Position numbers and translations under genes: made by a program
The notes under the pieces: model-generated
Databases searched by the model: none
Told to the model about the DNA's origin: nothing
The model's input: only the letters and a program-made list of their open reading frames with translations
Source: Thermoplasmatota archaeon
GTDB taxonomy: Archaea > Thermoplasmatota > JAKEGO01
Length of the DNA: 64,000 nucleotides
Direction of reading: 5' to 3'
NCBI GenBank assembly: GCA_028279595.1
Contig: JANQNK010000007.1
Span: forward strand, 25,214-89,213
Shown: positions 1 through 10,000 of the stretch, one piece after another
Position numbering within the stretch: the stretch's first letter is position 1
How the letters are laid out: each line of letters begins with the position of its first letter

Positions 1-86
1 ACGAGCTTGTTCTCGCTCTCCATCAGGGTGAGGGTCTTCTCTGTAACGTAAGGATGCAGAAGTATCTCATGCTCTATCAGAGCCAT
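1..86 (-). CDS. rpl23: 50S ribosomal protein uL23, N-terminal part (runs off window edge)
   Basis: Manual translation MALIEHEILLHPYVTEKTLTLMESENKL; the P-x-x-TEK motif is typical of uL23; directly follows rpl4 with a 10-bp overlap. Confidence 0.88.
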   Translation of the reverse strand, partial: MALIEHEILLHPYVTEKTLTLMESENKL

Positions 87-838
87 CCGGCCACCTCCTT
101 GAGAGCGGATTCGGTGAAGACCGTGAGCCTGCCCGGATCGCCTCCGGGGGCGAGGTCCTCGATGGAAACGCGTGAGACCGGAACGATGTCCAGCCCGGGG
201 ATGTTCCCGACCGCGTTCTGGACCGCTGCGTCCTCGCTGGTGATGACGAGAATGGACCTTGGCGTCCTGAAGCGCCTGGCGCGCATCTTCCCGCGCCCGG
301 CCCTGATGTGACGGCCCTCCTTGGCCCTGACGACGTCGTCGGAGATCCCGACCTTCTCGAGGAAGGCCATGGTGTCCTTGACGGTCGTGAACGCCTCGAA
401 CTTGTCCTCGACGACCACCGGAAGGGTGACCTTGTCGCCGAAGCGATGGCCGCGCTCCGCGACCGCTTCCTTGTCCGCCGTGGCAGCTAGAGCCGACCGG
501 CGTGCAAGGCGCCTCTCCTTGCGGTTGATCTTCTTGGTCCAGATCTTCTCGACCTTCGGGGGATGCGCCCTGCGTCCGCCCACCGTGAGCGGAGCCTCGG
601 CGCCCCTCCTCGTGCCCTTGATCCTCGGGTTCCTGGCAGTGCCGCGTCCCTTTCCCCAGTGGTCGACCGAGTGCTTCCTTCCGGCCATCCTGTCGGAGCC
701 GTAGGGCTGCCTGCGGTTCGCGCGGGCTGCGGTGACGCTGCGCCTTATGAGATCGATCCTGAGAGGGGTCTCGAAATGGTCGGGGAGATCGACCTTCTTC
801 TTGGACTTTCCCGCCGTCGAGTAGAGGTTGACCTTCAC
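77..838 (-). CDS. rpl4: 50S ribosomal protein uL4 (archaeal L4e type)
   Basis: ANRRQPYG, WGKGRGTARNPR, GGRRAHPPK, RAGRGKMR and LAPGGDPGRLT motifs; canonical L3-L4-L23 order; GTG start. Confidence 0.97.
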   Translation of the reverse strand: MKVNLYSTAGKSKKKVDLPDHFETPLRIDLIRRSVTAARANRRQPYGSDRMAGRKHSVDHWGKGRGTARNPRIKGTRRGAEAPLTVGGRRAHPPKVEKIWTKKINRKERRLARRSALAATADKEAVAERGHRFGDKVTLPVVVEDKFEAFTTVKDTMAFLEKVGISDDVVRAKEGRHIRAGRGKMRARRFRTPRSILVITSEDAAVQNAVGNIPGLDIVPVSRVSIEDLAPGGDPGRLTVFTESALKEVAGWL

Positions 839-842
839 GTTA

Positions 843-1829
843 TCATCGCCCCTGCTTGGACTCCACGGAGACGTAGCTGATCTCGACCTCCACGTCCTTT
901 CCGTGATAGCGCGTGGCGTCCCTCAATCTGACGAGCCTCTTCGCGGGACCCGGGACGGACCCCTTGATGAGCATGTAACTGTTCTTGATGTTGCCGTAAT
1001 GGAGGAAACCGCCGTTCGGCGTGACCTCCTCGCCGTTCTCGCCGGTCTTCAGGACGACCTTGTTGTACTCCGTCCTCTGGTGGTATCCCATCTGACCGGC
1101 CTGGGGAACGGACGACATGACCCAGGTCCTCCATGGACCGAGGGTACCGATCATCCTCCTGTGCTTGCTGTTCTTGTGAACGAGGAGCTTGACGCCCCAG
1201 CGCTTGACGACTCCCTGCCAGCCCTTGCCGCGGGTGACGGCTGCGACGTCGACGACCGTACCGGGAGTGACGATCCCTTCTGCGGTGATCTCCTTTCCGA
1301 TGAGCTCCTTCGCCAGCACCATCCGGTCCTCCATGGTCCCCCCGCCGATGCGGAGCTCCATGATCTCCGGGACCTTCTTCGGGATCCCGCTCACGAGGAA
1401 CGGCTGTGTATGGGCAATGAGCCTCAGATCGTCAATGCTCTCCTTCTCTATCCTCTTCCAGGACTGCTTCGGCTTCGCAGGTATCGGCAGCCTCTTCTTG
1501 AGGTGAGGGTCGAGCTTCTTGGCCCAGACCTCGGAGAGCGTCTTCAGACCGTACGGGGAGTCGACGTAGGCCCTGACCCCGACGACCACCATGGGAGGTG
1601 TCTCGAGAACTGTGACGGGCACGCGGATCTCCTGACCCCGTGTCGTGCTCTTCGCCCTCTTGTCCTCCATGAAGACGTGTGTCATTCCGGCCTTGTAACC
1701 GGCAAAACCCTGTACCTTGGCCTGGCTACCCCCCTCCGGCCATGATCTGAACCGGGGGGTTTCGCGCCTTGCTCTCTTTCTCGGAGAGTAGGCCATAGAG
1801 CCTCTTCTGGGATGATGGTTCTTCGGCAT
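843..1829 (-). CDS. rpl3: 50S ribosomal protein uL3
   Basis: PRRGSMAYSPRKRA, GFAGYKAGMTH, GKGWQGVVKRWG and QAGQMGYHQRTEYNK motifs. Start placed at ATG 1829 behind SD-like AAGGTGGA; the ORF-track start at 2042 is over-extended. Confidence 0.97.
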   Translation of the reverse strand: MPKNHHPRRGSMAYSPRKRARRETPRFRSWPEGGSQAKVQGFAGYKAGMTHVFMEDKRAKSTTRGQEIRVPVTVLETPPMVVVGVRAYVDSPYGLKTLSEVWAKKLDPHLKKRLPIPAKPKQSWKRIEKESIDDLRLIAHTQPFLVSGIPKKVPEIMELRIGGGTMEDRMVLAKELIGKEITAEGIVTPGTVVDVAAVTRGKGWQGVVKRWGVKLLVHKNSKHRRMIGTLGPWRTWVMSSVPQAGQMGYHQRTEYNKVVLKTGENGEEVTPNGGFLHYGNIKNSYMLIKGSVPGPAKRLVRLRDATRYHGKDVEVEISYVSVESKQGR

Positions 1830-1858
1830 ATGTCCACCTTTCCGTGGTTTGGATATAT

Positions 1859-1955
1859 GGCTCCCAAGACCGTTGCGCTTCCTGGCCGCCCATAACTCAC
1901 GGGTGAGTGGGCACCATTGTAGGGATATTTCCCTTGGCGCATGGTCTAAGGAGTC
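1859..1955 (-). ncRNA. Structured 5' leader of rpl3 operon (candidate ribosomal-protein autoregulatory leader)
   Basis: Lies between the TATA box and rpl3; four complementary helices form a three-way junction (see findings). Confidence 0.6.
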
Positions 1956-1973
1956 CGAACAAACGGATTGGGG

Positions 1974-1980
1974 TATATAA
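1974..1980 (-). promoter_or_regulatory. TATA box of rpl3 operon
   Basis: TTATATA on the minus strand, about 20-25 nt upstream of the start of the structured leader. Confidence 0.65.
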
Positions 1981-2023
1981 TGGTTACGATTGGCTACGTT
2001 TGGAAGGAAAGACCCCGTGAGAG

Positions 2024-2141
2024 CATGGGTGAGACGGGTCAATGGTCCCTCAAAGGCATTGGTGATACGCGTTGAGGCACCCGTAGTGACATTGGTGATA
2101 TGCGTCGATGAACTCGCTCCGGCGCTAGTGAGACGCGTTGA
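2024..2141 (+). repeat. Degenerate tandem array, 33-bp period, 19-bp conserved core (consensus CATTGGTGAKACGCGTYGA)
   Basis: Cores start at 2024, 2057, 2090 and 2123, separated by 14-nt variable linkers. Confidence 0.85.
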
Positions 2142-2170
2142 GGCCGGACCGGACCGGCCTCGAGCGCGTC
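2128..2170 (+). repeat. Dispersed hairpin element, copy A
   Basis: gtgagacgcgttga-ggccggaccggaccggcc-tcgagcgcgtc. Confidence 0.8.
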
Positions 2171-2209
2171 TATGAAAGAATTAAGAGGACGAACGGAATA
2201 GCATCCCCC

Positions 2210-2476
2210 ATGAGAGCAATGATCCTCCCCGGAATCGCGGGCATACTCTTGATAGTCGCAATGGCATTGGCCTCCGCCGGTCAGAGGATCGCAGCATTGC
2301 TGGTCCTCGCAGTCTTCTTCTTCTTCATCGTCCTGTCCATGATGGGATTCAGGAACGCTGCAAGACAACTACTCCTCCAGATGGACGCGGAGGACAGGGC
2401 CAGGAAGGCGGCCATGGAAGAAAGGGAACGGAAGAAGGCCGAGGCCCGGAAGCCGAGGAAGAAGGAAGAGGAGTGA
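2210..2476 (+). CDS. Small hypothetical membrane protein (88 aa; two hydrophobic helices plus charged tail)
   Basis: MRAMILPGIAGILLIVAMALA...LLVLAVFFFFIVLSMMGF followed by a K/E/R-rich helix; host-like codon usage; AT-rich TATA-like GAATTAA about 25-30 nt upstream. Confidence 0.75.
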   Translation: MRAMILPGIAGILLIVAMALASAGQRIAALLVLAVFFFFIVLSMMGFRNAARQLLLQMDAEDRARKAAMEERERKKAEARKPRKKEEE

Positions 2477-2491
2477 CCATCCCTTCGGCGA

Positions 2492-2540
2492 CATTGGTGA
2501 GACGCGTCGACCCCCGACCGGATCGGGGTCGAGCGCCGTC
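2492..2540 (+). repeat. Dispersed hairpin element, copy B
   Basis: cattggtgagacgcgtcga-cccccgaccggatcgggg-tcgagcgccgtc. Confidence 0.8.
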
Positions 2541-2573
2541 GCTAACAGTTATTATCCTGTTTTAACAGAGCTT

Positions 2574-3767
2574 CTACTGTTTAGGTTTGAACGCTGACAT
2601 CGAGCGGAGCCGCTCGACCACTTCCTCGATGACCTCGATCGTCCTGTCGATCTCCTCGGGTGTGTTCCGCTCGTCGAAACTGAACCTGATGGAGCCGTGG
2701 GCTTCCTCGTGGGAGCGTCCCATTGCGACGAGGACGTAGTTCGCCTGCAGATTCCAGGAAGCACAGGCGGAACCAGTTGACACTGCGATGTCCTCCATGT
2801 CCAGGTATAGGGTTATGGCTTCACCCTCGATGAAATTGAACGTGATGTTGGCGAGGTCCGGCATCCCGATGGGCCTCTCCACACTGCAGAGCTCCACCGG
2901 TGAGTCGGGCACCTCGACCGGACTGTTCTGGAGCTTGTCCGTGATGTGGTCGAGCCCCGAGATGAGACGCTTCCTCAGGACGTTCGTATGGGACCAGACC
3001 TCGTCCCTCTGACCGACCATGATGCCCACCGCCTCGCCGAAACCCGCTGCCGCCGGGATGTTCTCTGTTCCGCCGCGAGCCCTGTGGTACGAGGTGTCGC
3101 CCATTACATGCGGGGCGATCTTCAAACCGGACGGGAGGATGACCGCACCCGCACCGAGCGGCCCGGATATCTTGTGAGAACTGATCGTCAGCAGGTCGTA
3201 CTCGAGCTTCGACATGTCTATCGGCATCTTCGCGAAGGCGTGGGCGGCGTCGGTGTGCAGGATGGCGTCGGACTTGTCACGTACGACATCCCTGATCGCC
3301 TTCAGCGGCTGGATGGCTCCGACCTCGTGATTGACGGCTTGAACGCTCACAAGTGTCGTGTCCTTCCGGAGAAGTCCAGCAAGATCGTCCATGTCCATGA
3401 CGCCGTTCTTGTCGACCTTGGCGAAGTCGACATCGAATCCTGAAGTGCTCAGGCTCTTGGCCGGAGCGAGGACTGACGGCTGATCGATGGATGATACGAT
3501 GACATGTTTCCCCTTCGGGTTCGCGTGAGAGACGCCGACGATGGCGAGGTTGTTCGCCTCGGTCCCGCCGGACGTGAAGACGACATCGTTGTCGGTGTTG
3601 AGTTCGGAAGTTATCGCATTTCTAGACTCGTCCAGTGCGTCGACAGCGGCCATCGCCTCCTGGTACAGACCGGAGGGTGCGCCCACCTGCGGGATGAGGC
3701 TGCAGGCGCGGTGCGCCGCCTCTGGGAAGATGCGGCGCGAGCGATAGCTGTCAAGGTATATCCTCAT
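2574..3767 (-). CDS. iscS: Cysteine desulfurase (IscS/NifS family, PLP-dependent class V)
   Basis: FTSGGTEANN, HTDAAHA, PLP-lysine motif SSHKISGP and catalytic loop STGSACAS. Confidence 0.9.
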   Translation of the reverse strand: MRIYLDSYRSRRIFPEAAHRACSLIPQVGAPSGLYQEAMAAVDALDESRNAITSELNTDNDVVFTSGGTEANNLAIVGVSHANPKGKHVIVSSIDQPSVLAPAKSLSTSGFDVDFAKVDKNGVMDMDDLAGLLRKDTTLVSVQAVNHEVGAIQPLKAIRDVVRDKSDAILHTDAAHAFAKMPIDMSKLEYDLLTISSHKISGPLGAGAVILPSGLKIAPHVMGDTSYHRARGGTENIPAAAGFGEAVGIMVGQRDEVWSHTNVLRKRLISGLDHITDKLQNSPVEVPDSPVELCSVERPIGMPDLANITFNFIEGEAITLYLDMEDIAVSTGSACASWNLQANYVLVAMGRSHEEAHGSIRFSFDERNTPEEIDRTIEVIEEVVERLRSMSAFKPKQ

Positions 3768-3813
3768 CGTTCCGCAATCGGAAAGGGGGGTTTAAAGTTT
3801 AGGCCTTATGGAG

Positions 3814-6800
3814 TCAGGTCAGATAGGTCCCGCAGTTCGAACAGAACCTCTCGTCCTCATCCAAAGAAGCGTTGCATTCCGGACACTTCCGGTCCACCTC
3901 ATCCTCGGGGATCTCGACAGGAGTCACCAATCCCTTGTAACCCTTCCCACCACGGTCGTAGTAGAGGTCATCGTCCTCCTCTTCCGCGGGTTCCGGCTCA
4001 GGTTCAGGTTCGAACTCAGTTTCGGGTGGCGGTCTGGCAAACTGCTCATGCTCGGGTCTCGGTCGCTCGTAAGGACTTGCAGGGGGAGGACCGGTCGGAC
4101 CTCCTCCGCGCTCGTATCCTCGTGCCTCCCATTCGCCCTCTTTCGGGTCCATCCTCTCCCGAGGCCGGCCGAACTGCTCCCTATCGTAGAAGTGTTCAGC
4201 ATGGTCCCCTCGAGGCGGCCCACCGACAGGCTCGGTGTTCCACTCTACGTCAGCATCCTCGGGCGGGGGTGCATGGCCAGGCAGCCTGTCATGAGGTGAA
4301 CGGCGGTCACGGTACTCCTCCTCGGGAGGCCGTCTCGGATCGGGATCGCCCGGTTTCCAGCCCGGTGGTGGTCGATACATTCTCTCGTCCGGCGGAGGAC
4401 CGCGCATCCGTCCCTCCTGCTCGGCCTTCTTCCTCTCTTCCTCCTCCTTCCGTTTCTTCTTCCGGCTGGAGGCGGCCGCGATCGCGCCGATGACGACGAA
4501 GATGGTGGTCAGGACGAGTCCGAGCATCAGGGGGTTCTGCGGAAGGCCTGTGAAGAACTCGATGATCTGGTCGGCGATCCCCTTCTGCTCCTCTTCATCT
4601 GGATCCTCCTCACCCGGAGGTTCGGCCTCAGCGTCGATCTCGAGCATAGCGGTGAACGCCTCACTGAAATTTCCGTCATCGTCGGTCACGACGAGGGTAA
4701 TGGTATGTGTACCGACACGGATGTCAGATTTGGTGAATGAGGGATTGGGCCCGTCGTAAAGTTCATCTCCGAGGAGGGTCGATGTCCAGAAGTAGTTCTC
4801 GACCATTCCGTCGACATCGGTTGCGGATGCTGTGAAGGTGATCGTCTGCCCGTACACTGCGGGATTCGGATCGAACGTGATACTGTTGATGACCGGAGGA
4901 ATGTTGCCTCCGCTCGGGACGCTCTTGACCTCGAGCTCCTCGGTGACCCACTCGCTCCAGGCTCCGTCATCGTCCTGGCATCGGAAGGAGATGGTGTGGT
5001 TGCCGATGGAGAGGGTATCGGTCATAGTGGTATTATCAAGACCGTCGTAGAACTCCCCATCGACCGAGGAGGACCAGACATATCGTTCAACAGTTCCATT
5101 GTCGGTCCCGTTACCCTCGAAGGTCACGTTGAAGGTCTCGTAGGCCGGGGAAGGTGTGATGGACGTGATGGATGCGACTGGCGGATCGTTGGTATCGTTC
5201 GTCTGATTCGATTCATGGTTAATGGTGATCATAGCGGAGTCAGGTTCGCTCCAGTCCCCGTCGTCGTCCTGAACGGTAAACGATATTTGATGCTCACCGA
5301 CGGAGAATTCTGAGTACTCAGTTCCATTCGATGTACTATTGTAAAACTCTCCATCAAGATCGGAAGTCCAAACGTATCGGACGACCGTACCATCAGCGTC
5401 AGTACCGTTGCCGAGAAAGGTAATGTTCTGGCCGAAGCCACCCGATGACGGGTCGATCATAACAATGATACCGACCGGAAGTTCGTTTGGTGTACGGGAC
5501 CCATTTGGGACCATCAGCGGAAAGTTGTCCTTACTTGCTCCCTCGATCTCATAAGGGGTGTCCCCCACCCCGTCTCCGTCCGTGTCATTCCCTAGATAGT
5601 CGGACCAGTAGTTGCCCTCAAAACCGTCATCCCAATCGTTGTACCTGTGGGCATATGCCTGTGGAGAAATTCCGCTGTCCATGAAAACGTTGTCAACGAC
5701 CACGTTATTAGAACTATAGTACGCGAGACGAAGTGCCTCCTTTCCGTTCCCACAAAAGGTATTATTCTCTATCAGATTGAAACTCCCTGTATTGATTTCC
5801 ATCCCGACAAGATGATTGTCTACGAAAGATGAGTTTAAAATCATACTGTTATCGGCGTCCATGTATACTGCTTCAGAGTACCAGCTATCGTACGAATTCC
5901 TTCGGAAAGTGCATCCATCGATAGTAATGTTCGTAGCATCGTCCGCGTATATGGCATACTCACCATTGTCCCGCATGATACTATCCTGAATATTGATATC
6001 CAAGGAATTGTATAGGTATATCCCGACCCTAGCTTCCGATATTTCACACGAGGCGATCGAAAAATTGTCCGAAAAACCGATCTGGACTGGGAATCCGCCC
6101 GAATTGGAGTTCCAACCGAATGCCGTTATTTCTGTGCAATTCCCGATAAGATAATGTGCATTCGGATCGTCCATCAGAACATTGGCTTCATTTCGATGAT
6201 AGTAGAAGGGATTTCCATTAACAGTAGTATTTCCTATGTTGTGGGTGACCCAATGGTCGATCTCGTCGCCTAGAATACGTATTCCTGCAGAGTCGAATGT
6301 ACAGTCAATGATCGTTTCGTTCAGACTCCTCCAGATCTCTATGCCGTTGTACTCGAAATCACAGTTCTTAACCGTAATTTCATCTTCGGCAAGAGTTATC
6401 GCGGCATTGGAATTTCCTTCAAATGTACAGTCCACAACCTGGCTGGATTGGGTGCTTCCCTGGATTTCAATATCTGTTACAGTGTTATTATAGAATCTAC
6501 ATCCTATGATGCTTGTAGATTCCGCGAGCATGACAAACATGCCCAGCTCCGCGTTGCCATAAATTGCACAGTCCTGGATGATCACACCTGATACATGAGA
6601 AATATCAATGCCGGCAGTAGACTTGGTCTCGTCGCCGCCACCCTTGACCCCTAGGTCACGAATAGATACCCACGCGGATACCTCGATGGTCGTATCAGAA
6701 CCTTGACCATCGATAATCGTATTTGTGGAACCAGACCCATTGATGTATAGAGGTTTCCCAATGTAAACGTTTTCCTCGTACGTCCCTGGCCGAATCTTGA

Positions 6801-6969
6801 TCTCGTCAAAATCAGTGGCATTCGCTATCGCATCCCCAATGGTCGTGTAATCGACTCCACCCCCTCCGTCATCATCCACGATGATCGTTTCCCCGACAAC
6901 TCCGTTAGGTGTGAATATCAAGACCACAGCGACAAGCATCACGACGACGAGGAGCCTCCTGGCAGACAT
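3814..6969 (-). CDS. Membrane-anchored surface protein: NosD/CASH beta-helix, three PKD-like Ig modules, TM helix, Pro/acidic cytoplasmic tail, C-terminal zinc ribbon
   Basis: Signal peptide; parallel beta-helix repeats ending GNYWSDYLGNDTDGDGVGDTPY; repeated YVWxSxxDGEFY modules; TM helix followed by RKKKRK; CPECN...FCSNCG. Confidence 0.85.
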   Translation of the reverse strand: MSARRLLVVVMLVAVVLIFTPNGVVGETIIVDDDGGGGVDYTTIGDAIANATDFDEIKIRPGTYEENVYIGKPLYINGSGSTNTIIDGQGSDTTIEVSAWVSIRDLGVKGGGDETKSTAGIDISHVSGVIIQDCAIYGNAELGMFVMLAESTSIIGCRFYNNTVTDIEIQGSTQSSQVVDCTFEGNSNAAITLAEDEITVKNCDFEYNGIEIWRSLNETIIDCTFDSAGIRILGDEIDHWVTHNIGNTTVNGNPFYYHRNEANVLMDDPNAHYLIGNCTEITAFGWNSNSGGFPVQIGFSDNFSIASCEISEARVGIYLYNSLDINIQDSIMRDNGEYAIYADDATNITIDGCTFRRNSYDSWYSEAVYMDADNSMILNSSFVDNHLVGMEINTGSFNLIENNTFCGNGKEALRLAYYSSNNVVVDNVFMDSGISPQAYAHRYNDWDDGFEGNYWSDYLGNDTDGDGVGDTPYEIEGASKDNFPLMVPNGSRTPNELPVGIIVMIDPSSGGFGQNITFLGNGTDADGTVVRYVWTSDLDGEFYNSTSNGTEYSEFSVGEHQISFTVQDDDGDWSEPDSAMITINHESNQTNDTNDPPVASITSITPSPAYETFNVTFEGNGTDNGTVERYVWSSSVDGEFYDGLDNTTMTDTLSIGNHTISFRCQDDDGAWSEWVTEELEVKSVPSGGNIPPVINSITFDPNPAVYGQTITFTASATDVDGMVENYFWTSTLLGDELYDGPNPSFTKSDIRVGTHTITLVVTDDDGNFSEAFTAMLEIDAEAEPPGEEDPDEEEQKGIADQIIEFFTGLPQNPLMLGLVLTTIFVVIGAIAAASSRKKKRKEEEERKKAEQEGRMRGPPPDERMYRPPPGWKPGDPDPRRPPEEEYRDRRSPHDRLPGHAPPPEDADVEWNTEPVGGPPRGDHAEHFYDREQFGRPRERMDPKEGEWEARGYERGGGPTGPPPASPYERPRPEHEQFARPPPETEFEPEPEPEPAEEEDDDLYYDRGGKGYKGLVTPVEIPEDEVDRKCPECNASLDEDERFCSNCGTYLT

Positions 6970-7014
6970 GATTATCCCACCGGCCAATCGCACTCTGGAT
7001 AGTTAACGATTTCG

Positions 7015-10000
7015 TCAGCCTAGATACGTACCGCACTCCTCGCAGAACCGGGCTCCCTCCTCGATGGGGTTATTGCACTCTGGGCATGGGAAGGTGTCGA
7101 TGACCTGCATCTCGTCGTCCTTGGGTTCCTCGACAACAGGTCCGGATGAGTACTCGTATTCCGATGATTCCGGTTCATCGTAATCCGTTTCAGATGGGGC
7201 GTAGGGTTGATCGTAGTCACCCGGTCTCTCAGGTTCTTCATCTAAAGGTTCGTCCATCGAAGGGATCACCTGGTATCCCATCGGTTCCTGAGGTGGTATC
7301 CGGTCCCGTACTCCATGCTGAGGTATTTTCCTCTCGACAGATGTTGAAGTGGATCCGTCCTTTCCTCTCGGGCTGCTCGAAGCTCCCTTTTTCCGATCTA
7401 TCAGTACCAAGATCAGGATGACCACGATGATCATCGATATCAAAAGGAGTAAAAATGGATTCCCGAGTAGGCCTTTGTCTGACGCACTATCATCCCCATC
7501 AGGTTCGGTTCCAGGATCAGCCTGGACGGTGAAGGTGGTAGATCCAATGTTGTTATCCTCATTCGACTCGTTGACCTTCCCTGCTGGGTCGATCATTGCA
7601 TCAATGTTGTAGTGACCGTGGTCCAAGTTCAATTCGAACGTCACAGTGATTGCGTCTAGAAGCATTATCGTAACTGATTTATTTGCGATCTCATCGCCAT
7701 CTTCAAATGACAACGATACTGAAATATCATTTAAGGTGAGAGTGCCAGAATTCCAAATAGTCACATTGATGAGGACAACATCTCCCTCCATCGGTGTGAT
7801 AGGGTATACGGTAATATCGTCATTGGTAATGATCAGATCGGGTAGATAGGGTTCTACGACTTGGACTGAAATGGATGCATTGTTGTTCAACAACAGGGTC
7901 TCGTTGAATTCCCCATCAGGATTGACACGGATGTTCACATCGAAGAGCCCGGATTCGGACGGTGTCCAGTTGAATTGGACCACCGAGTAGCTCTTGTTGG
8001 TGACCGTGACCTCGGTCGAATCGACATGATTGCCGCTCAACCAGAATTCTACGGTTGCATTCTCGGCGTCCTCGATGCCATTGTTCGAAACGATAACATT
8101 TATCTCAGTATATTCACCGACCTCGGGCATTGCCGGATTAAGAGCGATGGTTGACTCGCTAATGGAGAGCTCGACATCGGAGAGTTCCCATGCAAGGACA
8201 CTGAAAGTAATATTATTGTTCGATGTATTGAGCTCAGGTTCATAGTAAATAATCTGAACAGAGACTTGAATCGTTCCAGATTCAAGAGGTGTCCATTGAA
8301 TATCGATCAGGGATTCTGAAAGGGCGTTTACATCTACTGTCTCATCATGTGTATGATTTCCAATTGCGATCGCAACTGATACATTAGACGCATTCCCTTG
8401 TCCTTCATTATGGATAGAGAAATTAATATTGTAAACAGAATCGATGTAGACAATGTGAGGAATATCAACATCTCCCCGTTCTATGGATAAGTCGGGAAGG
8501 TATGGAAGAATTGTTAAAGTGATAGAATACGGGATGCCCCATTCAGTCCCATTATCCATTACCCTGAAACGGATTGTATGATTTCCAACGGAGAGTTTAG
8601 AATAATTGATCGAAGCTTCTGACCCGTTGTAGAACTCACCATCGATAGATGATGTCCAGGAATATTGAACGATAGTTCCATCGGTATCATTTCCGTGACC
8701 AATGAAGGTAATAATTTCCCCATTGAATTCGGAATTGCGCAAGATATTATCAATTTCCGCCACTGGTTTCTGGTTAACGTAAGGTGCTTTGACGATAACA
8801 GAAAGATTCGAAATCGCGTTATCGCTCCAGAGACTTCCATTGTCCATAACTCTGAAGATGATCGTATGATTCCCCAGTGACAGGCCATCAGTGAAGGTTG
8901 TGTTGGAACTCCCGTTGTAGAATTCCCCGTCGATCGAAGAAGACCATACATACCTCGAGATATTCCCATCCACATCGACTCCCAATCCTCGGAAGTAAAT
9001 GGTACTACCATTGGACGCAGGATTTGGAGAAATGTCAACAATTGATGCCGTTGGATATTCGTTCCCATTCGGTAATGAGCCATTCCATGGATTCATCAAT
9101 GGATAACGATCCTCGTTCCCGCTGCTACCATCAATCTGATAAGGGGTATCTCCGATGCCATCTACGTTCTCGTCAGAACCGTTGTAATCGGACCAATGGT
9201 TTCCTATGGATCCGTTATCCCAATAATTAGAAGGTTCTTGGTCGGCTACTTGTATGCCGCCCAGGTTGTTGAAAATAAAATTGTTGAGGAAAAATCGGTT
9301 CCCATCACACCCAGCTTCGATTTGGATTCCGATCAATTGATTTCTTACGATTGCGTTATTCATGAACCTGTTATCGTCACTATTGACCTCGAAGGTAACA
9401 CCGTAGGAATTATTGTGAATGGAGTTGTTGGTGAATTCACAACTGCTTTGATACCCAAATGGACTATACATGTTCCTATCCAAATGGATTCCATTGAGGC
9501 ACCCTGAGATAGTATTGTTATCAATGATCGAGTCTGATGTCCCTTGGAGTTCCATACCTGAGAGGTTGCTCGAGGTGATAATATTTCCAAATATCAATGC
9601 ATCTTTCGATCCATGGTCCTCGATACCGTAATCATTCTCTACCAAGGTATTATTGAGAATTTGCGAATGTTCAGTGGAAGCAAGATAGATCCCACTCCTG
9701 TCGTTCGAACATACATTCGATATGACACGGTTCCAATCTGAGTGGGATACAGTAATGGTGTTCTTGCAGTTGTTGTCGGTGATCAAGTTATGATGCGATT
9801 GTTGTGTGATCTGGATGCCAGAGTCGTAATTCCGATCACATGTGTTGTTCCTCACCGTACAATTAGAAGTGAAATAGAGATCGATCCCCGAGCTCATTGA
9901 ATCACAGACATAGTTGTTCTCTATCAATGAATTGTTTGATTTGTATAGATGGATTGCCTCGAATGAGCTCGAATTAACGATATTGCCAGAGATCGTTAAT

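Noticed and set aside
2024-2141. CRISPR array
   Set aside because: Repeats are 19 bp and degenerate, linkers are only 14 nt, and no cas genes are present; kept as an unexplained array instead.
1990-2368. ORFs 1990..2175(+), 2039..2368(-) and the N-terminal extension of rpl3 to 2042
   Set aside because: They merely read through the repeat array or the promoter/leader; rpl3 has a good SD and start at 1829.
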